Part shown: in pieces, positions 10,271 to 20,179 of the stretch
Layout: every line of letters starts with the position of its first letter
How positions within the stretch are numbered: the stretch's first letter is position 1
DNA from: an uncultured Spirochaetota bacterium
GTDB taxonomy: Bacteria > Spirochaetota > Spirochaetia > SZUA-6 > Fen-1364
DNA: 64,000 nucleotides
Direction of reading: 5' to 3'
NCBI GenBank assembly: GCA_963734545.1
Contig: CAVTHO010000009.1
Coordinates: forward strand, 224,001 to 288,000
Translations under genes and position numbers: made by a program
Notes under the pieces: generated by a model
What the model was told of the DNA's origin: nothing
Databases searched by the model: none
Seen by the model: only the letters and a program-made list of their open reading frames with translations

Positions 10271-10710
10271 GTGGTGATATCGACGAGACTGGGGACGACC
10301 TCCGCGAACGGCGATGCGGCCTTCGGCCAGGAGCGAAGGGAGCTGATTTCCTGCCGCAGATCGTTCATGCGCACTTTCAGCAGCCGGCGGTTGGATGCAT
10401 TGTGGGCGATCACCTGCTTCGCCATGGCATCGAGCGTCGATTTCAGCCGCGGCACGGTGGATTCGGTCCGGGGGTAGGCGGCCTGGTAAAGGGTCTCCAG
10501 CGGCTCGATCACTTTCTTCAGCGTGAAGATTTCCGCGATGATAGCCTGCTCCATCTCCGCCTGGACGAGGAGCTTCTCCGGCTCGCCGTTGCGGATGGAG
10601 GTTTCCTCGTGCTCCAGGATCGAGAGGTAGGCCTGGAATTTCTCCCTCTGGCGCAGCAGCATTTCCCGCAGGCGCTTCAGAATCGCGATCTTCTGTGAAG
10701 TCTCATTCAT
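10267..10710 (-). CDS. flgN: Flagellar export chaperone FlgN (spirochaete type)
   Basis: Coiled-coil protein ending PSLVDITT, located between fliS and polA as in other spirochaetes. Confidence 0.75.
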   Translation of the reverse strand: MNETSQKIAILKRLREMLLRQREKFQAYLSILEHEETSIRNGEPEKLLVQAEMEQAIIAEIFTLKKVIEPLETLYQAAYPRTESTVPRLKSTLDAMAKQVIAHNASNRRLLKVRMNDLRQEISSLRSWPKAASPFAEVVPSLVDITT

Positions 10711-10789
10711 CTACTTGTTCCCTCCCCTTGCACGGTACCGCGTTCGCGCGGAACGCGTACTCGCGTACCCCGTGTCAGCTTTGTCAGCT

Positions 10790-11218
10790 TCAGCCGGCGA
10801 TGTTCACACCCGTTGTCGGGCTGATGTTTTCCTCCAGGCCCTTGCGCGTGGAAATCTCGTCCCACGCGTCACGCAGCTCGCCCAGGAGCTTTTTCACTTC
10901 CGCCAGGGGCGCCGTGTCCTTCTGCAGATTCCCCTCGAGCAGCCGGCGCGTCATGAACGAGTACAGGCTGAAAAGGTTCTTGGCAAGGACGCCCCCCTTC
11001 TCGAAATCCAGGGCGGACATGAGCTCGGAGAGGATGTCCTGGGCCGCGATGACGTGGTTGTTGATCGTGTCGTAGCGCCGGTGTCCCTCGGCGAACGCGT
11101 CGAGCGCCAGGTTGATGTGCCTGATGGCCCCGTCATAGAGCATCACGATGAGGCGTATCTGGTTCGCCGTCTTGATCTGGATCTCTTTGTAGGCATTCAC
11201 CGGATCGTTCGCGTTCAC
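10790..11218 (-). CDS. fliS: Flagellin chaperone FliS
   Basis: AYKE.QIKTA..LIVMLYDGAI...LFSLY...LGELRDAW; probable GTG start at 11218. Confidence 0.95.
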   Translation of the reverse strand: MNANDPVNAYKEIQIKTANQIRLIVMLYDGAIRHINLALDAFAEGHRRYDTINNHVIAAQDILSELMSALDFEKGGVLAKNLFSLYSFMTRRLLEGNLQKDTAPLAEVKKLLGELRDAWDEISTRKGLEENISPTTGVNIAG

Positions 11219-11243
11219 CCTCGTACCCTTTCCTTCCGCCCCG

Positions 11244-13557
11244 TCACCGGGCATGCTCGATCAGCGAGGAGACCGGGACGATCTCGTACCCTCGCCGGAC
11301 AAGCTCATTGATAAGCAGATCCAGCTTCTGGAACAGGTAGTCGTTGCGCCGGGCGTCGCCCACCCCCACCCGCAGCGGGATGATGGATCCGGGTTTTTTC
11401 TCCGCAACGATATGCTCCACGATGTCCGCTGCCGGGAGATAACTGCCCCGCCCGTCCAGGGACTCGGAAGCGGCGACCAGGTCGTAGGAATCCACGTCGC
11501 GTCCGACGTATGCATAGTTCATCTCCGCGCCCCCGGCGATTATCTCCGAGTTCACAATGTAATACGGCGCGTGCCATAAAAGGGACAGTTCACGACCCGT
11601 GGCCGCGTAATAGTCGTCTTCATTGCGGGCGAGCCCGCCCTTGACGAAGGCGGCGTCCACGTCGAACCGGGAATCAGTCATGTTGAAATACGCGTAAAAG
11701 AGAGAACCGACCTCGTGCCCCGAATCAGCGATCTCCCTGACCATGTCGGGATAGCGGCGGATGAACTCCCCGTTCACGAAGAAGGTAGCGCGGAGCTTGT
11801 ACGCGGAAAGGGTATTGAGTATGGGCATGAGCCCTTCGGCGCTGTCGATGGCATTGAACACGAGGCTCACCTCGCGGCGTCGAAGCTGCGCGCCGTGGGT
11901 GAAGTTCTTGAAATCCACCGGCTCGCCCGTCTTGGGAAACGCCTCGTACACGGTTGTCTCGGGCGGGAACAGCGGGGTCGTGCCGAAGCCCCGGGCGTCC
12001 CTCACCATGACCAGGCTCGCGTAGCTGCCCCGCACGGAGCCCTCCAGGTAAACGCGGTAATTGCCGGAGACTAGGATCTTTTCCCGCACCGAGTACGCGT
12101 CTGCCTTTTTCCAGCCGCCGATCGTCTCGTCGAAGGAGAGAACCCTGTCCTTCAGCTTCGTCAGTACTTTTACCGGGGCGCTGCCGGGAGATCCGCGGGC
12201 GGTCGTTTCGCTGGCGTAGCCGAACTCGCCGGGCTGGGACACGGCCACGAGGGCCGCGGCCGCGGTGCCGAGGGCGTAGCGCTCGATATATGCCGCGCCG
12301 GCAACGAGCAGCTCGGCATCCCCCAGCCACAACACGTGGAGGGGGCTCGGGTGCGCCATCTTTCCCTTGTCCTGCCAGCTTGCGTAGTCTTTCCAGGACA
12401 CCCCGTCGGCGCCCATGAGCGCAGCCAGGCGTCCGTCGGGAGAGAGCACGATGTCGCGTACCCCCTGGTCCGGGGTCTGCTGGAATGTGCCGTACAGGCC
12501 CTGCGCGTCCTGAACGAGCCTGTAGACCGCCGTGCCGCGCGTGCCCGCGTCGCGTCTCTCGCAGAGCATGGTGACGATATTGCCGGTGGACCATATGACC
12601 TTCCGCACCGTGGTGTCGCGGGGCAGGGACATGTAGGGCAGCGCGAGAGGGTTGCCCGAGGCGTGGAAGTCTCCCAGAGTCATGTAGAACAGGAAGATAT
12701 TTCTCCCTCCCTTGTTGAGGAGGAGGTTCTTCCCATCCGGAGAGACCCAGAACGAATCGAAATTGGGATCGAAATCGAAGGGGATCTTCGAGTTGACTTT
12801 CCCTATCTTGAGGAAGCCGGCGTACAGGGCGCGGGTAAACAGCTCGGTGGGATCGATCTCGTAGACGATGACCCCGGAGATGTAGTACAGGCTGCGATTT
12901 CGGGACCACTGCATGCTCGCGATCGTGCCGTCTCCTATTTTTCGAAGAGCCTCCGTCAGCACGCGCTTTTCCTGGAGCTGCGCAAGCGAGTAATAGTAAA
13001 GGCTGGATGCCTTTGCGAACACGATGAATCGGGAATCCGGTGACCATACCGCCGGCAGCTCCTGGAGAGAAAGCTCGACCTTCTCCGAGATCAGCGTCTC
13101 GGCGCCGGTCACGACGTCCAGGAGGGTGAGATCACCCTGGGCCGGGGTGCGCGGGCGGATGAAAAGCAGGTACTTGCCGTCCGGCGACGTCCGCATGGGG
13201 AAGATCTTGCCGCCCTGCATCTGGCTTCCCGCGACGAACGAGGGAAACATGGCAAGGGGCGCGATGTTGCCGAACCCCTGCGCGGAGCGGAAGACGCCGA
13301 ACCGGTTCTGGATCTGGATCGCCTCCCTGCCCTGCAGGAGCTGGATGTCTTCCGGGAAGAAGGTGAGCTGGCGCATGTTTTTCGATACCGACATCCGCGA
13401 GGAAAAGCGTGTCGAAGGAGCCGATATCGGGTGCCTGGGTGGTGGCCGCGAAGAGGAGCCTGTCCGACGTGGACAGGTCCAGGCCGGAGAAGCTCACCTG
13501 GCCAAAAGCGGCGGCCGCAGCCAGTGAGATACAAAGGAGGAGTAGTGGTTTCCTCAA
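11244..13557 (-). CDS. Secreted beta-propeller (TolB-like) + polysaccharide deacetylase protein; frameshift near 13385
   Basis: Signal peptide in ORF 13132..13557 joins the 716-aa ORF; WSPD/SPDG repeats; ATFFVNGEF..GHEVGS NodB motifs. Confidence 0.8.
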
Positions 13558-13688
13558 GGCCCGTCCCTCTTCTTTTCCTGCTCCGTACTATGATCGGCAC
13601 TCCGGAAGCCAAAGTTTCGCAGAAAACGGCACCCCTTCATTCGCGCGCTTCTTGACCCCCTCCGGGAGCCGATGCTACAGTTCCGCGC

Positions 13689-14624
13689 ATGAAGATACTG
13701 GTCACGGGCGGCTCGGGATTCATCGGATCGCACGTGGCGAATGCCTACCTCGCGGCCGGCCACCAGGTGGTGATCGTGGATGACCTGAGCACGGGCGCGA
13801 TCGAGAACCTGCCGAAGGAAGCGACCTTCTATCTCATGGATATAGGCTCACCGGAGATCGAGAAGGTCTTCCAGATAGAAAAACCCGACGTGGTGAATCA
13901 TCACGCGGCGCAGATGAGCGTGGTAGTCTCCGTGCGCGACCCGCGTCTCGACGCCACGGTCAATTCCCTGGGACTGTTGAACGTGCTGGAGGCAAGCTGG
14001 AAGACGGGCGTGAAGAAGTTCATCTTCATCTCCTCCGGCGGTGCGATCTACGGCGAAGCGGATGAAGAGACCATCCCCGAGGACCACCCCCCCGCTCCCC
14101 TGTCCCCCTATGCCATCCACAAGCTCCTCGGCGAGCACTACCTGCGCTTCTACGGGGCGCAGCACGGTTTGGAGTGGACGGCGTTGCGCTACGCAAACGT
14201 GTTCGGTCCCCGCCAGAACCCGTACGGCGAGGCGGGTGTCGTGGCCATATTCATCAACCGGCTGCTGAAGGGCGAGGTCCCCACGATCAACGCGTTTCCC
14301 GACGAGCCGGACGGAATGGCGCGGGACTATGTCTACGTGGAGGATGTGGCCCGCGCGAGCCTCCTGGCCCTCGACAAGGCGGCGGGAGAACCGGTCAATA
14401 TCGCCTCCGGCCGCATGGTCAGGACACGGGAGCTCCTGGCCGCCATCTGCAGGATCATGGGGAAGGAGCTCAAGTACACGCGGGCCGGTCCGCGGCCGGG
14501 GGACCTGCGGAGGAGCTGTCTCGACATCGCAAAGGCCGCCCGGGTGCTCGGCTGGAAACCCTCCTTCAGCCTGGAGGAGGGACTCGCACGCACCATCTCG
14601 TTCTTTACGGCCGCCCATGCCTGA
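13689..14624 (+). CDS. NAD-dependent epimerase/dehydratase (UDP-glucose 4-epimerase-like)
   Basis: TGGSGFIG, SSGGAIYG, YAIHK, LRYANVFGPRQ. Confidence 0.92.
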   Translation: MKILVTGGSGFIGSHVANAYLAAGHQVVIVDDLSTGAIENLPKEATFYLMDIGSPEIEKVFQIEKPDVVNHHAAQMSVVVSVRDPRLDATVNSLGLLNVLEASWKTGVKKFIFISSGGAIYGEADEETIPEDHPPAPLSPYAIHKLLGEHYLRFYGAQHGLEWTALRYANVFGPRQNPYGEAGVVAIFINRLLKGEVPTINAFPDEPDGMARDYVYVEDVARASLLALDKAAGEPVNIASGRMVRTRELLAAICRIMGKELKYTRAGPRPGDLRRSCLDIAKAARVLGWKPSFSLEEGLARTISFFTAAHA

Positions 14625-15855
14625 CGCAAGCCAGTCCGAGATAGGAATCCTCCCCTGCCCCGGGGGAATGATCTTTGCCCAGAAAATCTACGCCCAGCTC
14701 GAAGCCATGGCCTCGGAAAAGCTCCACGATCGCGTGGCGAAGCTGAGCCGTCTCTACAAGCTTTCCCGCGCCGAGGTCATCCGGCAGATCAACCTCGCCA
14801 CGGACATCCAGCCCTCCTCGGGGGACCTGGATGAACCGGTGGATCAGCACCGCTCGCACACCTTCCTCGTCCCCGCCAAGTACACCCGGTTCCCCAACGG
14901 CGAGGTCAAGACGGAGATCCTCACCTCCGTGCGAAACACGGAGATCTATGTGGTGCAGGACGTGGCGAACCGGTACCCGCTCCGGTTCCAGAACGGCGAC
15001 TCTCCCCAGACCCTCTCCGTGAACGACCACATCTTCTGCCTGCTGGTGACCGTCGACGCGGCCCTCCAGGCGGGCGCCCTCCAGGTGACCGTAGTCCTGC
15101 CGACCTTTCCCTATTCGCGCCAGCACAAGAAGAAGGGACGGGAAAGCCTCTCCGCCGCGCGGCTGGGTCAGATACTCGAGAGCTTCGGGGTCACGCGCAT
15201 CATCACCCTGGACATCCACTCCAAGGAGATCGAGAACAGCTTCAACCATCTCCGCCTGGAGAACCTTCACGGCGCCTACCAGATTCTGAAGATGCTCTCC
15301 ACCGTCACGGATCTGAAGGACGAGGATCTCGTCGTGGTTGCCCCCGACACGGGCGCAGTGGACAGGAGCAAGTTCTACGCATCCATCCTCGGAAAATCAC
15401 TGGCCATGCTGTACAAGGAACGGGACTATTCCCGCGTGGCGCAGAGCGCGGACCAGGGCAACATCACGGATATGAAGCTCCTGGGCTCGGTGTCGGGGAA
15501 GACGGTGTTTCTCTGCGACGACATGCTGGGAACGGGAGGGACGCTGATCAAGGCCATGCGCGTGCTGAAGGAGGCGGGGGCGCGGGAGAACATCTGCGCC
15601 GTCAGTCTGCCGTTTTTCACCACGCCCGAGACCATCGAGGTGTTCCAGAAGGCGCACGATGAGGGTCTCTTCAGCCGCGTCATCGGCACCAACGCCGTGT
15701 TCCACGACGATTCGCTTCTCGGCAGGGAATGGTACCTCAGCGCGGACGTGGCGAACCTCTTTGCCCGGATCATCTACCGGCTGCACTACAACCGCAGCCT
15801 CAGCTCGCTGCTCGATGATCGGAGCGTGATCAAGGATCTTTTGAAGAGGTCCTGA
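14617..15855 (+). CDS. prs: Ribose-phosphate pyrophosphokinase, spirochaete type
   Basis: FPNGEVK, PYSRQHKKKGRE, DIHS, APDTGA, DDMLGTGGT. Confidence 0.93.
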   Translation: MPDASQSEIGILPCPGGMIFAQKIYAQLEAMASEKLHDRVAKLSRLYKLSRAEVIRQINLATDIQPSSGDLDEPVDQHRSHTFLVPAKYTRFPNGEVKTEILTSVRNTEIYVVQDVANRYPLRFQNGDSPQTLSVNDHIFCLLVTVDAALQAGALQVTVVLPTFPYSRQHKKKGRESLSAARLGQILESFGVTRIITLDIHSKEIENSFNHLRLENLHGAYQILKMLSTVTDLKDEDLVVVAPDTGAVDRSKFYASILGKSLAMLYKERDYSRVAQSADQGNITDMKLLGSVSGKTVFLCDDMLGTGGTLIKAMRVLKEAGARENICAVSLPFFTTPETIEVFQKAHDEGLFSRVIGTNAVFHDDSLLGREWYLSADVANLFARIIYRLHYNRSLSSLLDDRSVIKDLLKRS

Positions 15856-16078
15856 TGATGAGATCGAGCTCCCTCTCCATGTCGGAGAGAAGCTCCTGGA
15901 GCGTGCGGAGGCGCACGAGGTAGTCCACTTCCCCGGTCGCAATCAGCTCCCCGGTTGATTCCTCGATGAGACTGCCAAGATCTTCACCCTGCCCGAACTC
16001 GTAGCCGCAATGAGGACAGTACTCGTAGGTGGTGTCCACGCTTTTCCCGCAGAAAAGGCAGGATTTCAGCTCCTCCAT
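15830..16078 (-). CDS. Small zinc-ribbon protein
   Basis: CLFCG...YCPHCG plus C-terminal helix. Confidence 0.7.
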   Translation of the reverse strand: MEELKSCLFCGKSVDTTYEYCPHCGYEFGQGEDLGSLIEESTGELIATGEVDYLVRLRTLQELLSDMERELDLIIRTSSKDP

Positions 16079-16191
16079 GGCCTCAAGTATAGTCGGGCAC
16101 CGCGGAGCGCGCAAGTTTTTTTCCCGCCCCGGCGCGTGCGTGTCCCTTGCGATGCGTACACGCGTCCCTTGAGACTGCGTACCGTCGCGTC

Positions 16192-17269
16192 CTATTTCAG
16201 CTTCAGGATGTCCTCGATGGCGCCCAGCAGCTCGTCGATGTCGCTCATCTGCAGGTCACCCATGTGCGCGATGCGGAATGTCTGCTCCTTGAGCTTGCCG
16301 TAGCCGTTCGAGAGCGCGAGGTTGCGCTTGCCCAGCTCCTTGTTCAGGTCCGCCACCGAAATGCCGCGCGTGTTCTTGATGCACGTCACGGTCTTCGAGG
16401 CGAATTTCTCCATCCGGGTACAACGCAAAGTGCTTCTTCGCCCAATCCTGCACCCTCTTCGCCATCTTGTCGTGACGCGCGAATCGTGCGTCGATTCCTT
16501 CCTTCAGGATCCTGTCCATCTGCACGTCGAGCGCAAAGAGATGGGAGATGCTCATTGTGGACGGGTACTGGAAGTTCTTTTCCCGGATGAACTGCAGAAG
16601 CTGCAGCAGATCGAAGTAGTAGCCGCGGTTCTTCACGGACTGCATGCGCTTCTCCGCCTTGGGGGAGAGCGTGGCCAGGCTGAGGCCCGGAGGGAGAGCG
16701 AGGCATTTCTGGCTGGATGTCACCATGACATCGACGCCCAGCGCGTCCGTCTCCACCTTCACACCGCCGAACGAGGAGACCGCGTCGATGCACCAGACCA
16801 CGTCCGGGTACCTGCGGAATACGGGCGCGAGCTCGGTGAGATGGTTCATCACGCCGGTAGAGGTTTCGCTGTGTGTCAGCGTGGCGCAATCGTATTTGCC
16901 CGTGGAAAGGTACTGATCGATCATGTCGGGAGTGAGACCGTTGCCCCACTCCACCTCGTGCTTGTCCGCGGGCACGCCGTTGCCCTGCGCGATCTCGAAC
17001 CACCGGTTGCCGAACGTGCCTACCGAGAAGACGATGGCGCGCCTGGCCGTGCAGCAGCGGATGGCTCCTTCCATGAGCCCGCTGCCCGAGGAGGCGGAGA
17101 TCAGGACGGGATTGGCGGTGAAGGCGAGCTTCTGCACCTTCTCCGTGACGCGCTTCTGCAGGTCAGAGTAGTCCCCGCTCCTGTGGCCGATCATGGGGGT
17201 GGACATCGCCTTGAGTATTTCGGGATGCACCTCGGTAGGTCCGGGAATAAACAGTTTCTTATGCGGCAT
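16192..17269 (-). CDS. Class V PLP aminotransferase (alanine-glyoxylate/serine-pyruvate type); frameshift near 16415
   Basis: LFIPGPT, HSETSTGV, DAVSS, SSQKCLALPPG; C-terminus FRIAHMG in ORF 16192..16428. Confidence 0.9.
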
Positions 17270-17379
17270 TTGCTTCCTCTCCATGCAACGTACTCGGTGC
17301 GTTTCCTTACCGGGATTAATGGTTGCATATTAATACGGGGAATGAAAAAAGAGTCAAGACGTATATCGTGAATATATTC

Positions 17380-18880
17380 TCAATCCACGCCTGCTTCGAG
17401 CTCTGCCCTCAGATGCGGCGGGTAGGCCGCTCCCGCGAACAGGCGGAATTGCTCCATGGCCTGGCCTATGAGCATCTGACGGCCGCGCACGACCCGGCAC
17501 CCAGCCGCGAGCGCCCTGTGCAGGAATGCCGTCGTGGGGGGCGCATACAGGAGCTCGTAGACAATCTCCTTCCCGCTGAACGGAAAGCCGGGCGCGGGAT
17601 CGCCGAGGATGTCCGGCGTCATCCCCGCGCTCGTGGTTTGCACGACGAGATCCGCATAGCCCTGCGCCTGCCGAAAACCGTCCGCGTCCAGCCCGGCGTG
17701 CGAAACGGAGAAGGCCGCCGCGAGCTCGCCGCCGCGCGCCGGTGTGCGATTGAGCACCAGGACGCGCGCGCCGCTTGCCTTCAGCGCGTGCACGACCGCG
17801 CGGGCCGCGCCCCCGGCGCCGATCACCGTGGCTGAAATGCCCCGCGGCAAGACGCCGCCCAGCGCGGCGCGGAGCGGCGCGAGAAAGCCTTCGACGTCGG
17901 TGTTGGTGCCCTGCCAGCCGCCCTTGCCCTGCGCGCGCGTCATCGTGTTGCAGGCACCCGTTGCTTCCACAAGATGGTCGCGCCCGGACAAGCCGGGGGA
18001 TCACTGCCTGCTTGTGAGGAACCGTCACGGACAGGCCCCGGATCTCGAGCGCATCCGCGATCTCCCAGAAGCCGTCCAGATCGTCCACGAGGAAAGGAAG
18101 GTACACGGCATCGATCCCGAGCGCCGCAAAGCCTCGATTGTGGATGAGGGGGGACAGGGAGTGCATGACGGGACTGCCGATGATTCCGTAGACGCGTGTG
18201 CCCGCGGTGATGGCGCGGAAGTTGTACGTGCTTTCCAATGTCACAGGATCGAGGTGCCCCGGCGCGGCCTGCGAGCGGGGCGCAGACGCATAGCACAGGA
18301 ACGAGCCGAGCTTGGGGGCAAGCACCTGAGTGGGAAAGCCGATTTCCCCCATGCCCAGAAGAATCTTCTCCTCAGCCTTGAGGCTCTCGAAGGCGGCAAG
18401 CAGGCGGGCAAGGTCGGCCGCGTTTTTCGGCAGGAGGGCGGCCTTCGGGATCTCTCCCGGGCGATGCGCCAGGCCCGCCACCCGGCGCGCAAGATCGGCG
18501 GGCACTCCGGTGAAGTCGTGCAGGGACCTGATGATGCGCCCCCCTCTGCCGGTCACCCGTTGTTCGAGCTCCGGCGCTTCGAGATCCTCCTCGAGATCGA
18601 CGTAGGCGAATCCCGCTTCCGCCAGCCTCATCAACAGGGCGCGCCGTTCCCGCTCGTCTCCGGCGAACGCGCCGCCTTCATGGGCGCGCCTCAGCGTGAG
18701 TATGACCGGACAGCCGACAAGACCCGGCAGCCGCCCCGCCTGACCCGCCTCCGCGGCGCTGAGCCGATCCACGCGCAGCTCCAGGAGGTCGAATCTCCTG
18801 CGATGCTCCGCCGCAATCCGGAGATCCGCTTCAATGGTTTCCTCTGCCAGGCAGAGGCAGATAGCGGTGCGCTCTTTCAA
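17380..18880 (-). CDS. Bifunctional type I 3-dehydroquinate dehydratase / shikimate dehydrogenase (AroD-AroE); frameshift near 17985
   Basis: ELRVD, YVDLE, SLHDF, APGHL then HSLSPLIHN, SVTVPHK, GACNT, NTD, GAGGAA; TTG start overlaps the upstream stop. Confidence 0.9.
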
Positions 18881-19323
18881 AAATCGCTCCTGTAGACATA
18901 CAGGTCGGAGAGGACGCTCGCGGTGAAGACCAGCCTCACGCGGAGGGGAAAGCTCCCGTCGTTCAGATCGAAATAGAGCGAATCGCCATTCGGCGTAAGG
19001 GGGCGGAGCGATGTGCGCTCCACCTGCTCGCGGCTCGCGCCGAGGGAAAGCCCGAAGACAGTGGAGGTGAACCGACGGTCGCACCTCACCTGCCACACCC
19101 GGTCCTTGTACCAGAACAGGTAGAGAAAGTCGGGATAGTAGAAGACGACATTGTCCTGCTTTTCCTCCGCGCCCCTGTAGGTGAACATCTCCTGGGGCAG
19201 CCCGCGGGCAGCCACCGCCGCGGGAAGGTCCAGCCCGATGAAACGGGTCGGGTCGAAATCCTCCGCGGAGATCCGCGTGAGGATCGAAAGGGAGAGGGCA
19301 AGTGAAAGGATCAAGGGCCGCAT
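18877..19323 (-). CDS. Secreted hypothetical protein
   Basis: Signal peptide; translationally coupled to aroDE. Confidence 0.7.
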   Translation of the reverse strand: MRPLILSLALSLSILTRISAEDFDPTRFIGLDLPAAVAARGLPQEMFTYRGAEEKQDNVVFYYPDFLYLFWYKDRVWQVRCDRRFTSTVFGLSLGASREQVERTSLRPLTPNGDSLYFDLNDGSFPLRVRLVFTASVLSDLYVYRSDF

Positions 19324-19457
19324 CGCGATACTCCGCGGACTGGTGCTCTCATTGCAGGTGAGAGATTAGGAGTTTTGCCCGGGGCGCACAAGACCCGGCA
19401 GGTTCAAAGACCCCGTGATCTTCCCACACACCGGGAAAACCGATAGATTGCTCACAC

Positions 19458-20171
19458 ATGATAGCAACAGTGGTCAACGCGCTCGCGGTCATTGTCGGGT
19501 CCCTGGTCGGGCTGCTCCTGCACGCGAAGATCAGGGATTCGTTCAAGTCAATCGTCTACATCGGCGCGGGGGTCACCTCTCTCGTCATCGGCATCCAGAT
19601 GGCGCTGAACAGCTCGAAGATCGTGTTCCTGGCCTTGTCGCTCATCATCGGGGGAATCCTGGGAACATGGTGGCGGATCGAGGAGGGAATCCTCTCGCTG
19701 GGTGATGCCCTCAGGCGGACCTTCGCGAGGAAGGACGAGGGGAAGGACTTCGCCTTCGGGTTCCTCAATGCATCAGTGCTCTTCTGCGTCGGAGCCATGG
19801 CGCTCGTCGGCTCCTTCAAGGCGGGCGCCGAGGGCAACTATGACCTGATCCTCACGAAATCCGTGATGGACGGCTTCATGTCGATCGTCTTCACCGCGGC
19901 AATGGGGATCGGGGTGGCGTTTTCCGCCCTCTCCGTCCTTGTCTACCAGGGCATCCTCACGCTCGCGGCCGGCTGGCTGAAGCCGCTTGTCAGCGAGGCT
20001 CTCCTCAGGGAGCTGACCGGCGTGGGCGGAGCGCTCGTCATGATGATCGGCATCAACCTGCTGGGGCTCGCGAAACTGAAGACGGCCAACTTCCTGCCCG
20101 CCCTCGTGCTGATCGTTCTCCTGGTTGCCGGCGAGGCATTCGCGATTTCCCATCACCTGATGGGATTGTAG
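19458..20171 (+). CDS. DUF554 family membrane protein
   Basis: TVVNAL, LFCVGAMA, KSVMDG, ANFLPAL. Confidence 0.9.
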   Translation: MIATVVNALAVIVGSLVGLLLHAKIRDSFKSIVYIGAGVTSLVIGIQMALNSSKIVFLALSLIIGGILGTWWRIEEGILSLGDALRRTFARKDEGKDFAFGFLNASVLFCVGAMALVGSFKAGAEGNYDLILTKSVMDGFMSIVFTAAMGIGVAFSALSVLVYQGILTLAAGWLKPLVSEALLRELTGVGGALVMMIGINLLGLAKLKTANFLPALVLIVLLVAGEAFAISHHLMGL

Positions 20172-20179
20172 GAACCCGG

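Noticed and set aside
17380-18880. AroD-AroE fusion as a novelty
   Set aside because: Bifunctional DHQase/shikimate dehydrogenase is already known in plants and several bacterial phyla
19392-19430. Resemblance to the 3' end of tRNA-Sec (CCCGGCAGGTTCAAAGACCCCGTGATCTTCC)
   Set aside because: No matching acceptor 5' strand, UCA anticodon arm or canonical T-loop could be built
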